DNA of 35,888 nucleotides from Paraphysomonas bandaiensis (lineage: Eukaryota > Protista > Chrysophyceae). The notes under the pieces were generated by a model. It was not told the DNA's origin and did not search any database. It worked only from the letters and a program-made list of their open reading frames with translations. A program made the position numbers and the translations under genes. How positions within the stretch are numbered: position 1 is the stretch's first letter; each line of letters opens with the position of its first letter. This document shows, in pieces, positions 12,622-24,867 of this stretch. The stretch spans positions 1-35,888 of the forward strand of contig CBFFRP010000450.1 in the NCBI GenBank assembly GCA_965644295.1, in the 5' to 3' direction.

Positions 12622-14862
12622 ATGAGCGAGGTGATGGATATGGATATGGAGGATATACGTGAATTGTTGAGGTACGTCCAGTGACATGATCTGACTGCCT
12701 GTTGGCTAACATCACTCTGAAGCGGCATTAGTGACATTGATGGTGATGATGACTGTATTGATGATATCGACATCAAGGAGTTTGATTTTAATGATGTGGT
12801 AATGAACGACATTCCGCCCGCTGGTGCGCTCATGGGCTCTACTCTGTCTCCTGATTCCGTTGCTGGTCATCCCATGTCAGGTGAAGATGAAGAGCGTTGT
12901 GACGATGCTTACAGTGACACCGATGCGAGTGATCTTGATATTGCTGTAAAAATTCCTTCATTGAGTGGCACACAGACAGTTAAGGGAGAAAACAACACCC
13001 AGTCTGATACTATCATAGAAATGGCAATGCAACAGGCAATTGAGGCACTCAAAGCGCGAAAGGACGCTCCGTGTTATAAGATGTTCATGGACTGCACTGA
13101 CCCTAACGAACTAGTGTCAGTTCTTTTTACCCTTCCTGGTGCAAAGGATAAGCGCTACACAGTTAAAAAAACTTATATTAAGTGCTTCGAAATATTTCCA
13201 TGGTTTCATTTGCCTTCAGACACTAAGCGTTTCAGACAGAACATCTCACAGAGTGGTGATATGGCGAATATTATGCAGGCACTGAAGTATTTTTGGACTG
13301 AAGATTTTTCAGACGAAAATTTCAATGACTTGAATAGGTGCTTCCGAAACATTATGAAGAAAGGAGAAAAAGTAAAATTCTTAACTTCAATTAGAGATGC
13401 TAGGGTCGTAATGGTGAGCTGCATGTCATCGAGTAAGTGTGTAGTATAGGTTTCTGGATATGTTGATAATATGCCGTAGATACTACGAATCAATCTTTGG
13501 AAAGTGTTCAAGAAGTGGTTGCTGATCATGGACGACGATTGGATAGTGTTGAGGGTAGACTGAATGATATCGAAGACGGTGCCTCTGCATTTGAAAATTC
13601 AAGTAAACGACCTCGTCGTGGTGGTGATCGAGCACAATTCATGAGAGTCCGTCCGAGATGTAGAGAAAATATGCAGTGTTGGTGTACACCAGGTATGAAT
13701 TTAATATATGTATTGAACACATTCTTTCTCTATGCTACGTGGAAAACAACATCATGGACACTATAATTCGATATAAGATATACTCGTTTTATTTATTTTA
13801 CAGGGAGGGTTTTTGGCATTTATACTGATGGAATAGGACCTCTACTTCCGTCCAGCACTACTTTCAGACGACACCAGCTATCAGGCGTTGTTGTGTATTC
13901 AACTTGCCCCGATATCATTGAGGATCACGTGGATCCGAATATTTCTGACGACTATGTCCCAGTAGTCATGGTAGGCAAAAAAAATTGAAAACCCTCTGAA
14001 TGTGAATTCTTTTTGTTTTTTCCTGCATCAGGTTGGAAAAGCATCAGTTGTGTTGGATAACCCAAAAGACTACGTAACACTTCTACAGAATTGTGATTCG
14101 GCATTTGATGTGTACGTAAATGAAAGAGGAAAGGTGAGACTAAAGCGGCTTAATTCGCAATGGAAATGCGGCGAGGTGCGATTTGGCCGGGTAGAAGCTG
14201 ATAGCAATACTTGTTTTGATGAAAATGGATTGCCATGGTTTCAGGGCGTTAAAGGTGGTGTGAGTGTTACTGTTGAGTCGTCAGGTATTCTGCCATACAA
14301 ATTACATGATTTCTTGGTTTAATTTTAATTAGGCTCCGAAATGGATATTCAGCGAAGATGTAATGGAAAAATTCCACTGTTTCTTAAGACAGTGATGTCG
14401 ACTGTAATTGGAAAGAAAGCTGTGCATCGATTGGAAGGGAAGCCTTCGTCGAAATCTAAAAGACGGTCCGCGAATGCGGACATGCCTCGGAGCCTGCTAT
14501 CAATCTCTGGCAATACTGATGCTGAAATGGACTTGTTGAAGTCAGAATTAGATAATATCTATTTGTCGGTTAATGAGGACGGTACTCGTAGTGTTTCTTT
14601 TGTCCCGGGACATTTAGGAATGACTTTCCGGTACGATGTGGATTCGAAATGTATCCATGTGGGAAAGGTATTGCCCGATATGCAGGCGGAAGTTGGTGGT
14701 GTAAGAGCTGGCGACATAGTTCTTGCCATTGGATCTAAGAAAGGTCTAAAGGGTAATATATCAGACAGAGCTGAGTTTCAAGAGTACTTAAACGTTATGA
14801 AGAGCGAGGATCGCCCATTAAAAATGACGTTTCAAATGCCAGCTGAAGTATTGGTATCTTAA
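12622..14862 (+). CDS. Uncharacterised ~640-aa protein: acidic N-terminus, helical region, coiled coil, Peptidase G2-like domain, C-terminal PDZ; exons 12622-12671, 12723-13432, 13480-13692, 13804-13970, 14032-14284, 14333-14862
   Basis: Five GT-AG introns join four listed ORFs plus two unlisted exons into one frame. PDZ signature: SVSFVPGHLGMTF...VGKVLPDMQAEVGGVRAGDIVLAIG...RPLKMTF. G2-like motifs: GDRAQF, PGRVFGI, VYSTCP, YVPVVMVGKASV. Confidence 0.8.
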
Positions 14863-15488
14863 TTAGAGTTTGAATCATACTCTATTACTTTGCCGGATTT
14901 GAACACCACCGCGACAGTATCTCCTGTTGTGAAAATGTTTTGCAGTTTGGCACTGTTGTCGAAAATAGTTCTGTATTTTCGTTATTGTTTTTTCTGCGCT
15001 CGCACTGTGTGTGTGACGTCGCGTCGTTTCCAAGAAGCTGTCGTTGACTGCTGTGTTGTACTGTATTTGCTATTCTTGGATTTAATCTGTTGATGCGAAC
15101 TCAATGCATGCAAAATCATCCACTGTCAATACTTTATTCGTTGTATCCTACAATCCTTACACTGTACCTTATATATGCCTATAAAGGCTCCTATTATGTT
15201 TGCACCGTTTTAATTTTCTCATCTATCTCATATCTCATTCTGCTGATTAATTAATCCCCAAACCAAATTCGGAAATATTTTGAATTTAGTTCCAGTTCCC
15301 TTTCGTATGTCCTTTGATCATAAACCAAATTATGTAGCTTATTTAGCCCTATCTATATGAAGTGGACCCCGACCGGCTAGTGGTTAAACACGGGTAACCT
15401 TGCTATATTGGCTTTTAAACGTTTAAGTTGGTTTAGATGTTTAGATCGTTAAAGAAAAGTCATGTCGTAGATAGTAGTGTATGTCTAA

Positions 15489-16031
15489 TTATTAGCAATA
15501 GGCGTTTAAGAGTCAATACTATTTTAGCATTGAAATTTAACTAACTATTGCTCAACTCTGATATCCTACTATACGCATTTAACGCTACGAGAGCTGCTTG
15601 TGCGTCACCGCAAACACCAACCCATCCACCAACCCATCTACATAACTCAGACCCTCCCTTAAACGTCGCGGACCCCTACCTGATATATTTGACATCTGCT
15701 GACTTCAGGATCATTGAGTCCGAAAGATGAACAGCCCGGATGCTTGACTTCAGGAGGCATCTTAATACCCCAGATGATGTCCTCCAGGTGGGCCCATTCC
15801 CGGATGCCTCTATATTCGTCAAGCCCAAAGACGTCTATACGCATCTTTTTGTGGTGTTCTGGGGGATAAGTACCGGAGAGATTTTTCCAGGAAAATAATC
15901 AGTAGATATTGTTCTACCCACTCATAGCCAAATGATTGTGTCGTACAAGAGACACTAATTAGTGTCACTTCTTGTGTACAGACATCTTTGGGCCTTGACG
16001 AATAAACGGGCATCCGGGAATGATCCCACCT
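15489..16031 (-). mobile_element. Non-autonomous repeat, copy 2, with inverted 5' segment
   Basis: 15562-15837 is colinear with copy 1; 15840-16031 is the reverse complement of copy 1 at 2297-2502. Terminus TTATTAGCAATAGGCG is identical to 24871-24886. Confidence 0.75.
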
Positions 16032-16696
16032 TATATACACTTATGGAAAAACTGAAATATAGTTTTTACAGTATACTGTGTATATTATACTATCTATCGT
16101 GTATAAGTAGGTACTAATACTACACTGTAAGTAGTAGTGGTGTTATTGCATAGCGTAGTGGTGAATGCACAGAATAGACACATCATTACTGATAAGCTAA
16201 GTTATATGTACGTTATCAAGGAAACTACAGTTTTAGTTAAAATAAACAAATTTTGACAAGAGTGGTCTATTAGTCCATGTTTATCACAACGTATTTCCTA
16301 GATCTTAAACACTACATACCGAAAACTTCGTATGCAAGTACTTGTATAGCAAATAGAGCAACTTTCTAGTGAAGGGTCTGGTAGCTGGATATAATGCATG
16401 TAATGGTAGGGCACCTGTCTCCCACACTGTGAAGCAATAACAATCTCGCACGCGATTTACTTGGATTCCTCTGCAATACACACCTTAACATACTATGGGG
16501 CACTACTTTTATGTACGTTGAACACAGAGTATGATTCAGTTTGATTATCAAATGTAGCATTTCAGCAAGTCATATATATAATACACAAAGTTGCATCACT
16601 GCAGTGAATTCCTGGGAAATCCGACGACCACTAGGTTACTTCCAAGCTGCTACCATAACTAATAAGTGAATACAACCGCTAGTTTCTGTAGACCTG

Positions 16697-17760
16697 CTAC
16701 GCGCAGCCATGGTTCTGAGAATTTTTGCGCTGTGCCCTCCTTCTCCTCAATTCATTGGCCCACGAAGAAACTTCGGGGTGCAAAAAACAGTCAGAAGTCG
16801 AAGTAAAAAACTCTTCCAGGTCTACTGCGGCTGAAGTGTCCGCGGAAATGTTTGAATTATCTGCTTTATGCGCAGTCGAAGAGCTGTGGGGTTCTAAAAA
16901 ATCTATAGGTGTTACACCAGTTGGCATGCTTTTCTGAGGATTCGATGCAGCAGCTTGCTCAATAGAAGCCTGCTCATATTCATCTGCTTGAATAATCATC
17001 TCAAGTTTATCTAACTGGTGAGCAATTTCCGCCTCTATACTAGCGCAGTCTTCATACTCGAGCCACAGTGAAAGAATTTCCCGAGAAACAGGGTTATCTC
17101 CTATATTAGCGGTTATACTGCGCATTGCTTCCTACAAAAAGAGTATGAGCGGGGTATAGTGCAAGACACAAAAGACAGGATACGATTATACAGTGGTAGG
17201 CACATATCACTCATTGCCTATGAAACTTACCTCCTCCATTCTTCTCTTCTCATCTTTAGTTATCTTGCAGTGAGGAGTGAAGTCACCGATCAATGATTCA
17301 GCTAGATCATGGACCATACACACTGCGCACAAGTCAGTCACAACAATAAGTGCTTATATTCACACATGATACATGAGGAGCATGAGGATAACTGTAACTA
17401 TAAACCGTTTCGTAACTGTATGTAACTAGTGTAGCATGGCTTACTTTTCATTAGCTTATCTTTGTCCACACGACTGTCAGTGATCATGAGGGCCATCATT
17501 GACATCCTAGTAACAGATATTCAGATATGTTATCGCTATCAATGAAATACAACACACACACACACAGCACCTGTACATATGATCCGCTATGCTCTCTGGT
17601 TGAGGGATGTTGTTGCGCACCCATCCGGCCCTCTTCGTCGTCTTTAACTGAAAGAAACAAACATAACAATCGAAACATACTTCAGATGAATGCACACCTT
17701 CCCTACAACCTCCAAAAAACCAAGAACATTAGACGGGAAAATACATGATGAAGAAGCCAT
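16697..17760 (-). CDS. HDDC2: HD-domain 5'-deoxynucleotidase (HDDC2/YBR242W family); exons 17760-17698, 17647-17571, 17506-17445, 17322-17231, 17131-16697
   Basis: Spliced: [10 protein letters not shown]...[11 protein letters not shown]...[17 protein letters not shown]...EYE...[15 protein letters not shown]. All four introns are GT-AG and in frame. Confidence 0.92.
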
Positions 17761-17823
17761 TATGATATGCTGCCACTCTCAAGGACCTTCCACTGCTATT
17801 AACCACAGCCCTCCACATATATA

Positions 17824-18095
17824 TACATACATACATACATACATACATACATACATACATACATACATACATACATACATACATACATACATACATACAT
17901 ACATACATACATACATACATACATACATACATACATACATACATACATACATACATACATACATACATACATACATACATACATACATACATACATACAT
18001 ACATACATACATACATACATACATACATACATACATACATACATACATACATACATACATACATACATACATACATACATACATACATACATACA

Positions 18096-18131
<36 letters not shown>

Positions 18132-18150
18132 TACATACATACATACATAC
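17824..18150. repeat. (ACAT)n microsatellite, ~80 units
   Basis: Near-perfect TACA array with one (AT) interruption near 18125. Confidence 0.99.
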
Positions 18151-18337
18151 TGTACACAGGTACGCAGGTACAGCAGTACATATAGTGTTTCTGGATGATT
18201 GGGTGTATTCCATGTTCACTTGGTAGGAATTGTACTACTGGTATGTACTGTATGCCTATACTCGTATGTGCGTATGTTAGAGGAGTCGTCCAGTGTATCA
18301 CTATTAAGCCACCAAACCACATATGTACTAGCCCCCC

Positions 18338-21300
18338 ATGGAAGAAAAGGAGTGTCGGGTGTGTCGCGAGGGTCCCGAAGACGGTCATCCCCTCTACGCC
18401 CCGTGTCTGTGTAACGGCAGCATCCTGTATTGCCATCAAGACTGTCTCGAGGGATGGCTACAGCACAGTCAGAAGGACTCCTGTGAGTTATGCGGTGCAA
18501 AGTATATATTCCGACCGAAGTATGCGGACGATATGCCGGATGTTATCCCACTCACGTGTTTCGTGTCGGGCACAGTGTCGTATGTGCTCAATAAGGTGTG
18601 TCCTTTTGTGGGCAGAGTGCTCCTTGCTGCGGTATGTTGGCTAGCGTTGATGCCGATGGCGACAAGTGTGATGTATCGTTGGTTCATGTTTCCAAGTTTC
18701 ACTGTTATGATTGATTTCAGTTTCTCGAATTGGAAATTTGATGTGGCTTTTTTATGGAATGATATTGTAACTGGAATTCTGTTAACTGGTCTTGTCGGAC
18801 TCTCATTCATTATTCTGGTATGCGTTACCATTTACACGTAATGTTATGGGGTCTAATTTTTGCAGTAGATGTCATTTGCAGATTTTTTGAGAAGCTATTG
18901 GTTGATCAATCAACGTAGACGTAACCGGCGTGCCCGTGTGCGAAATGCAAACAGGCAGGTTCCCGCCCAATTCGCTGCCCAAGTAGACGAACTGGATCAA
19001 AGACAGCAGGAATTCGCAGCGCGTAATCTCAACCCTGACCTGGATGCTCCCCTTCCAATGGCGAGAAGAGTTGACGAAGCGGATGGTGATGTACGCGAGC
19101 CTCAACAAGATGCTACTAATGGACATTTGAACCAGCAAATACCTGCCGACACACATGGTGCTGTTGGAAATGATCAAGGTAATGACGAGAACGTTGGTGG
19201 ACTGGAGGAGAGACGAGATGATGATGAAGATGCTGATTCTGATGTAGAAGGTGCCATACAGGATGAATTAGTTGATTTGAACGATGAAGAATTAGCAGCA
19301 ATCCTCAACTTGTTGCCTGACGACGTAGACGACAATATGAACGCAGAAGAGAATAATGCACCTGCTAATGATGAAAACCGACGTGCTCAAGCGGATATCG
19401 AAGTTCACATAAATATATATGAGGTGCTTGGGCTGCGAGGTCCACAATTCGCTGTCGTGCGATATACTCTCTGGGTTATTGCGTTCAATGTGTGCTGCAT
19501 GCTGGTGGGCATGTTTATTCCATCTTGTCTGGGAGATGTGTTCATATTGCTTATCAAGCCGTATTGTATGCTATTCATAAAATTTGTGGGATCAATATTG
19601 CCTCCACATGTCGTTGAATCGCTCTTGCATACATGGAGTTTATTGGTAACTCCATCTGCCCCTGGTACGATAATTCGGTTGTGTGACCTTTTAGTTGCTC
19701 TCATTGGGTATTCTGGTGGAGCTGTCGTAGTTTACCTGCTCAGTCACATAGGCAATGGCATGAAGTATTTTATGTCAAACCGACTTACGCATACGACGTC
19801 AATATTTTTTTCCACAGTTTCCGCACTCAAGGACATCATCAAGATCGGGGTTTTACTGGGAGTCCGTATATTCGTAGTCCCTTGCGTTATCGGTAAGCAA
19901 TATAACTACTTTAAGATGTTGACAAGGCTTTTCGCTTATTATTGCAGCTATATTTACGTTCGTTATATAATATAAATTTTATATAGGTTGTATGGTGTTA
20001 TGGTGCGCCAACATCATCATTCAGTTCCCAATTGACAGCGCCCTTGTGTTGGCAGGCAATTACATAGTCAGTGCTATTGCAGTCTCTTGGGGTGTTGGTA
20101 TTGCCCATATGCTCTGTGCTACAATTGCCATATTGCAGCTGAGAGAAGTATTACATCCAGAGCTTTTGGCCCCATACATTCGCCCTCAGGAGTCTCAGGC
20201 AGACATGCTGACATCATTGCTAATGGATTCGCTGTCAGTTCAGTTCCGTCGACTGGTAGTCTCATTTCTGGTGTATGCGATACTGATTATGGTGTTTGTT
20301 TGGACTCCTGTTGTTGGGCTTAAAGTATTACTCGATCTTGGAAATCCGGTTAACTTGCATGTCTGGTATATTGTTCCAGAAATACAAGTACCACTGGAGG
20401 TGGCTGTACTACATACCGTATTCCTAATGATGCTAGAGAAGCATAAGGATACCATTGGACATGTGGAGCACTACGGACTGCTTTATTTAGCAACAAAGCT
20501 CGGGATGAATCGATATCTTCTTCCCTATACTGCTAAGCGGATTGAAGTAAGTATATATATGTCCGGCTGGGTTGGGTGTGAACTCTTGTAATACATTTCA
20601 TTTAGTCGGATGACGAGCGGGATCGTGCTCTTCGCGAGAAAAAAGAAATTGTGAAGATACAGGGGGAAGTAGAAGCAATTGTAGGTCAGCCCATGTTCCG
20701 CCCTCCAGCAGGATGGGATGCACGCACAAGGGTATCTCCGGTAATGACCCGTGTGATTTTCGTAGTGCTGAACATGATATGTGGTGTCATTACTTAAATT
20801 AGCTTATGAGTATTTTTTTGTAGACGCGTTGGTCGTGGAATGCTTCTCATGCTACAGAACTCGAGTTGTCTGTTGCTCCGCGCACGTATCCGAGTTTTTG
20901 GATCCTGCGATTATTTCTTATGTTAATCGTATGCTGGCTGGTGGTTGTCGTTGCTTCTTTCACGATAGCTGTCTTGCCCCTAAGTGTTGGGCGTTTGGTT
21001 GCCTATCTACTTCTTGTTCCGCATTCCTACATACATGACCCAGTTTGTATTTTGGTGGGCTATGCCGCAATCTCGACATCGAGACGGTATCTTCAGTCAG
21101 TGCACTCCTGTGTAGGCGTTTTGAACATGCCGCTTCTGTCGTTGGATTTGTCTACATTGGCATCTGGTACTGGATTTTATTGCTTTATTAATAACGTACT
21201 GACTTTGTATGCAGGGGCTTTTGGCTTGTTGGTATGGGTAGTTGCTTTCCCATACTGTGTTGGGCTTGCTTATTTCATGATAGTTTACCCATATACATGT

Positions 21301-22020
21301 AACCCAGCGGATGAAATACTATATTTTTCCGTGGGAATGTCTCTCGCTGATCATTTGCGATGTTTGTTTCTCGGGTCAATGTTAGTGAACTGGATATCGA
21401 TTCTTATCTGTAGTGGAGCGATTGACCGCATTCTCACGAAACTGGGCTACTTGCCTCTGTTCGACAACTGGACGTATGCGGTAAACACCTCGTGGAGCTC
21501 TATTGTTGATCCTACTGCATCCAACGATAGTCGAATTTCTGCCGTGCGATCTGCGATTTGTAGTTTTGACAGATTAGTGGTGTCTCCTATTGCCCTACCC
21601 CATATATACTCCATGTTAACTATCATGTTGCTGGAACGAGGAAAGTTATACTTGACGCCAGTAGATCCTACCCAGTACACAGGAGTATTTCAGCTAATTG
21701 CAGACACCATAGTACACGCACGTAGTCCTGTCGGGAAGTATCTAATGTGGGCATATGCTCTGTATTTATTTGGGACATTCGTTTCGAAGCCGGTCTTATA
21801 CTGGTGCCAATGGTACTACAATTCTATCAAGGACGAAAACTATTTAGTAGGAATGGAGTTGCAGAACTCCAATCAGGTAAGCAATGTTGCCGACTACATT
21901 TTCCCGGAATTTATAATTTTGTTTTAGGGTGCCAAGGCTATGGAACATGCAGACGAAGTACTACGAGCGTCAGCGGGTGGCTCTGCAGATGAAGCAGTAC
22001 AAACGCCAACGGGAGATTAA
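18338..22020 (+). CDS. MARCHF6: RING-CH E3 ubiquitin ligase MARCH6/DOA10; exons 18338-18817, 18869-19892, 19987-20546, 20606-20740, 20824-21876 (probable 48-nt intron at 21167-21214), 21928-22020
   Basis: N-terminal RINGv CRVCR...PCLCNGSILYCHQDCLEGWL...CELC, many TM segments, TD-domain motifs (SFADFLR, LREVLHP) and C-terminal IKDENYLVGMELQN. Confidence 0.92.
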
Positions 22021-23440
22021 GTACATGTACATGTAGTTTGTAATTATCAGCGGGCTCTCGTCGCTGCATAATAATATAGGAGATTTAATATTTGTTGTCT
22101 CAAGATATATTATGTAAACGAGAAGAGAGAAGAAGTATGCCTTTTTCACTCTCTAAACTTTGCTGGGGGACGTTTTCTCCTTAATAATTTACTTTGATTA
22201 GTTTAAAATTGTTTGCAGTCCCGAAGTACAACATGTTATTTGTAAGGTGTAAGGAAATATACAATATACTAGGCTACGTTCCATGGTGTGCGCTGATGAG
22301 TGCTATAACAAGTAAATGAAGAAGTGATGGTTATGAAGTCTACTATTTACTATTCGACCTAGTCGAAGTAGAATGTAGAGTTACTTAGCCACACCATTTT
22401 CGGTGTATATCCCAGTCAAGTAGTTGAAAACCGAAGCCATTAATTAATTACGAATTCAAGTTAAAGAACTACAGAGTTGACTTTGTGTTTACAGTATTTA
22501 CCTTGACAGGAGTAAAAAAATCACTCCAACTTGGTAACATATATACATATATTACTCATCATGTAATGAGTACAGACGTACAGACATACAAACATTGCAT
22601 ACATGCAATACATCACATTCCCGCTTCGTAATCAAATGAGAATTGGGAATTTCTCATGACCAGCCAAATTTCACAACCGCAGCTTGCAGACAAGAGCAAT
22701 ATAGGGTCTTACGCTTGATTTCTAGGGGACCTCCTGAACAACATACATACCTGCAGTAATATACAGTTATTAGTACTCTACTAGTATGCATAAGTACAAT
22801 ATAACGCCTATCATGCGCTGCAGTTCTGAGGGCCTGGATGCACAACAGCACAGGCGATACAGGTCACAACCACTGCAGTGGAGAGGCCTCAGAGGTCCAC
22901 TGGAACATCAGCAGACTGTAGAGAGACTGTCAGTGTTCCATCTAGTGACAGAGATATAGCATTGGGGTCCTATCCTTCAACACGACACACTCCTCATGCA
23001 TGATACTGCATGACTAACGGTCTCCACTGCACGACACACCTGCACACTTTAATGATGGTGTTTTCACGAATATGTCATTTTTTTGCCCTGAAAACCCCCT
23101 TTTTTTAGAAAAAACGCTCTGCGTTGCGGTGTATTCGATGTATGGTAAACTCCAGCATGAATTCCAGCCAAGTCTACTACACTTCCTACTGGATGTACTC
23201 TGTGCTATGGAGGATGTATGCGAGTGTGTGGGTGTATATTACGACTACGACAGTAGTCTATGATTATGTGCAGCAGTGTGCCAGTGCTTGTATGTATACG
23301 TATATATATATGTGTGTGTATATATGGATCTGTGTGCCCTGAGAGTATCGGACCGCATCAGCTCAGATCACATCAGCTCAGTGTCCAGTCAACTCTCTAC
23401 CTGTCAGCTCATATAACTCGAACATAAATCTACATAAAAC

Positions 23441-24672
23441 ATGCCACAAAAAAATAGATGTGGTGTGTTAAAGTCTCTGCTCGGTGTGAGTGTGTTGGGT
23501 GCGCTTATGTCCATAGCTCTTAATGTTGATTCCACTGTAACAGTTGTCACATTTTTTCTAGCTACATACACATCATGGAGCTACAATTCCTCCCCTCTTT
23601 ATCTTAATTACTTGAAGAGAAAGATGGAGAAGCTCCCTGAAGTTGAACCGATGCCTCTGCCTGAGTTATCTGTGTCTAATTTCTCACGAGAAGAGCTCAT
23701 GCGTGTCTCCAATGGGCTCAGAATACCTGTAGTTATCCGTGGAGCTCTGAAAGATAGTGCTGCGGTAACTAAATGGAGCCGAGAATATTTTCTAGAAAAC
23801 TATGCGACGGAAAGTGTTGTCGTTCGTGAAGTGATTGCTGGTGGTGATGGTAGTGATGAGAGTACCATGGTTGTTCGTGTACAAGGGCGGACCATTGAGG
23901 AATACTACAAGATGATGGATAAAGGGCGCAACGTCTCAATGATTGCGTCATCCAGTATATTTCATCGGAGGCCTGAATTTCGCGGAGATATGCGGGCTGT
24001 TATGGAGGACGACTTGGTTGGCCCCAATGGTGAAGAAATTATTGCACTGCAGTTTTTCGCTACCCCAGGAGGTAGAACGTATTATCATTCGGAGATAGGC
24101 AACAATGTATTTCGTCAAATCGTTGGGCAGAAGCGATGGACAGTGATCAGCCCGGAGTACAATTATTTGCTTTGCCCAAAACCAGTGATATCGGGGACCT
24201 CTGTGAATCCAGATTGTTTGATGCAAAACACCACTCACCATCAGCGAGATGAGCACATGAAGCATATTCCCCGTTATACCGCTCTATTGAACCCAGGGGA
24301 TATATTTATCAATGCTCCTTGGTGGTGGCACGATGTGCTGTCTATTGGAGATCTCTCAGCTCCTCAGATCTCCGTTGCGGGCCGTATGAAGAATTTGAAA
24401 GCCACTTTCCTTAACTCCCCGATGAATACTTTCGTTGCAGGTGTCTAGATATGTTTCTGCAGATGTATATATGCTTATCCCGCTGTTGATAAATTGTATA
24501 TATGTTGTCTGCTGTATTCTCACATATTGTTGCTCTAGTTTTAACCAAGGTTCTCTCTGGCGAAAAACACAACGACGAAACGTTTGAGCTTGATTTAGAG
24601 GTTAACATTATTGACTCATGGAGAAGATGGTGCGAAGCCCAGGGTAGATTAGACTGTATCACACCAGTTTGA
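23441..24672 (+). CDS. JmjC (cupin-like) 2OG/Fe oxygenase with N-terminal hydrophobic anchor; exons 23441-24440, 24539-24672 (~377 aa)
   Basis: PVVIRG...KWS..YF, TYYHSE, QIVGQKRW, LNPGDIFINAPWWWHDV. Hydrophobic residues ~9-45. Confidence 0.88.
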
Positions 24673-24867
24673 AGCTTCATTTTGGGCTTGATTTTGACAG
24701 GAAGAATACTTTACGTCTATTGTAGATGAATAGCATGGCGTTTGAATTGCCTTAATGCTGATGTTACAAGCAATATATACGCAGTAACACAAATATATGA
24801 CATCTACTGTACCTGCACTTTCAGTGCGTATTTGTTCTGGCTTACTTTGAATACTATATTGAAAGTC

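Noticed and set aside
12300-15381. Helitron or DNA transposon carrying the G2-like gene (CTAGT at 15377-15381)
   Set aside because: No convincing subterminal hairpin, matching TIR or TSD could be found by eye.
15692-15732. Hammerhead-like CTGAC...GAAA in repeat copy 2
   Set aside because: The core is not CUGANGA, stem I is missing, and it is not conserved in copy 1.
17690-18439. ORFs with YIHT/MYVC repeats
   Set aside because: These are translations of the stop-free (ACAT)n microsatellite.
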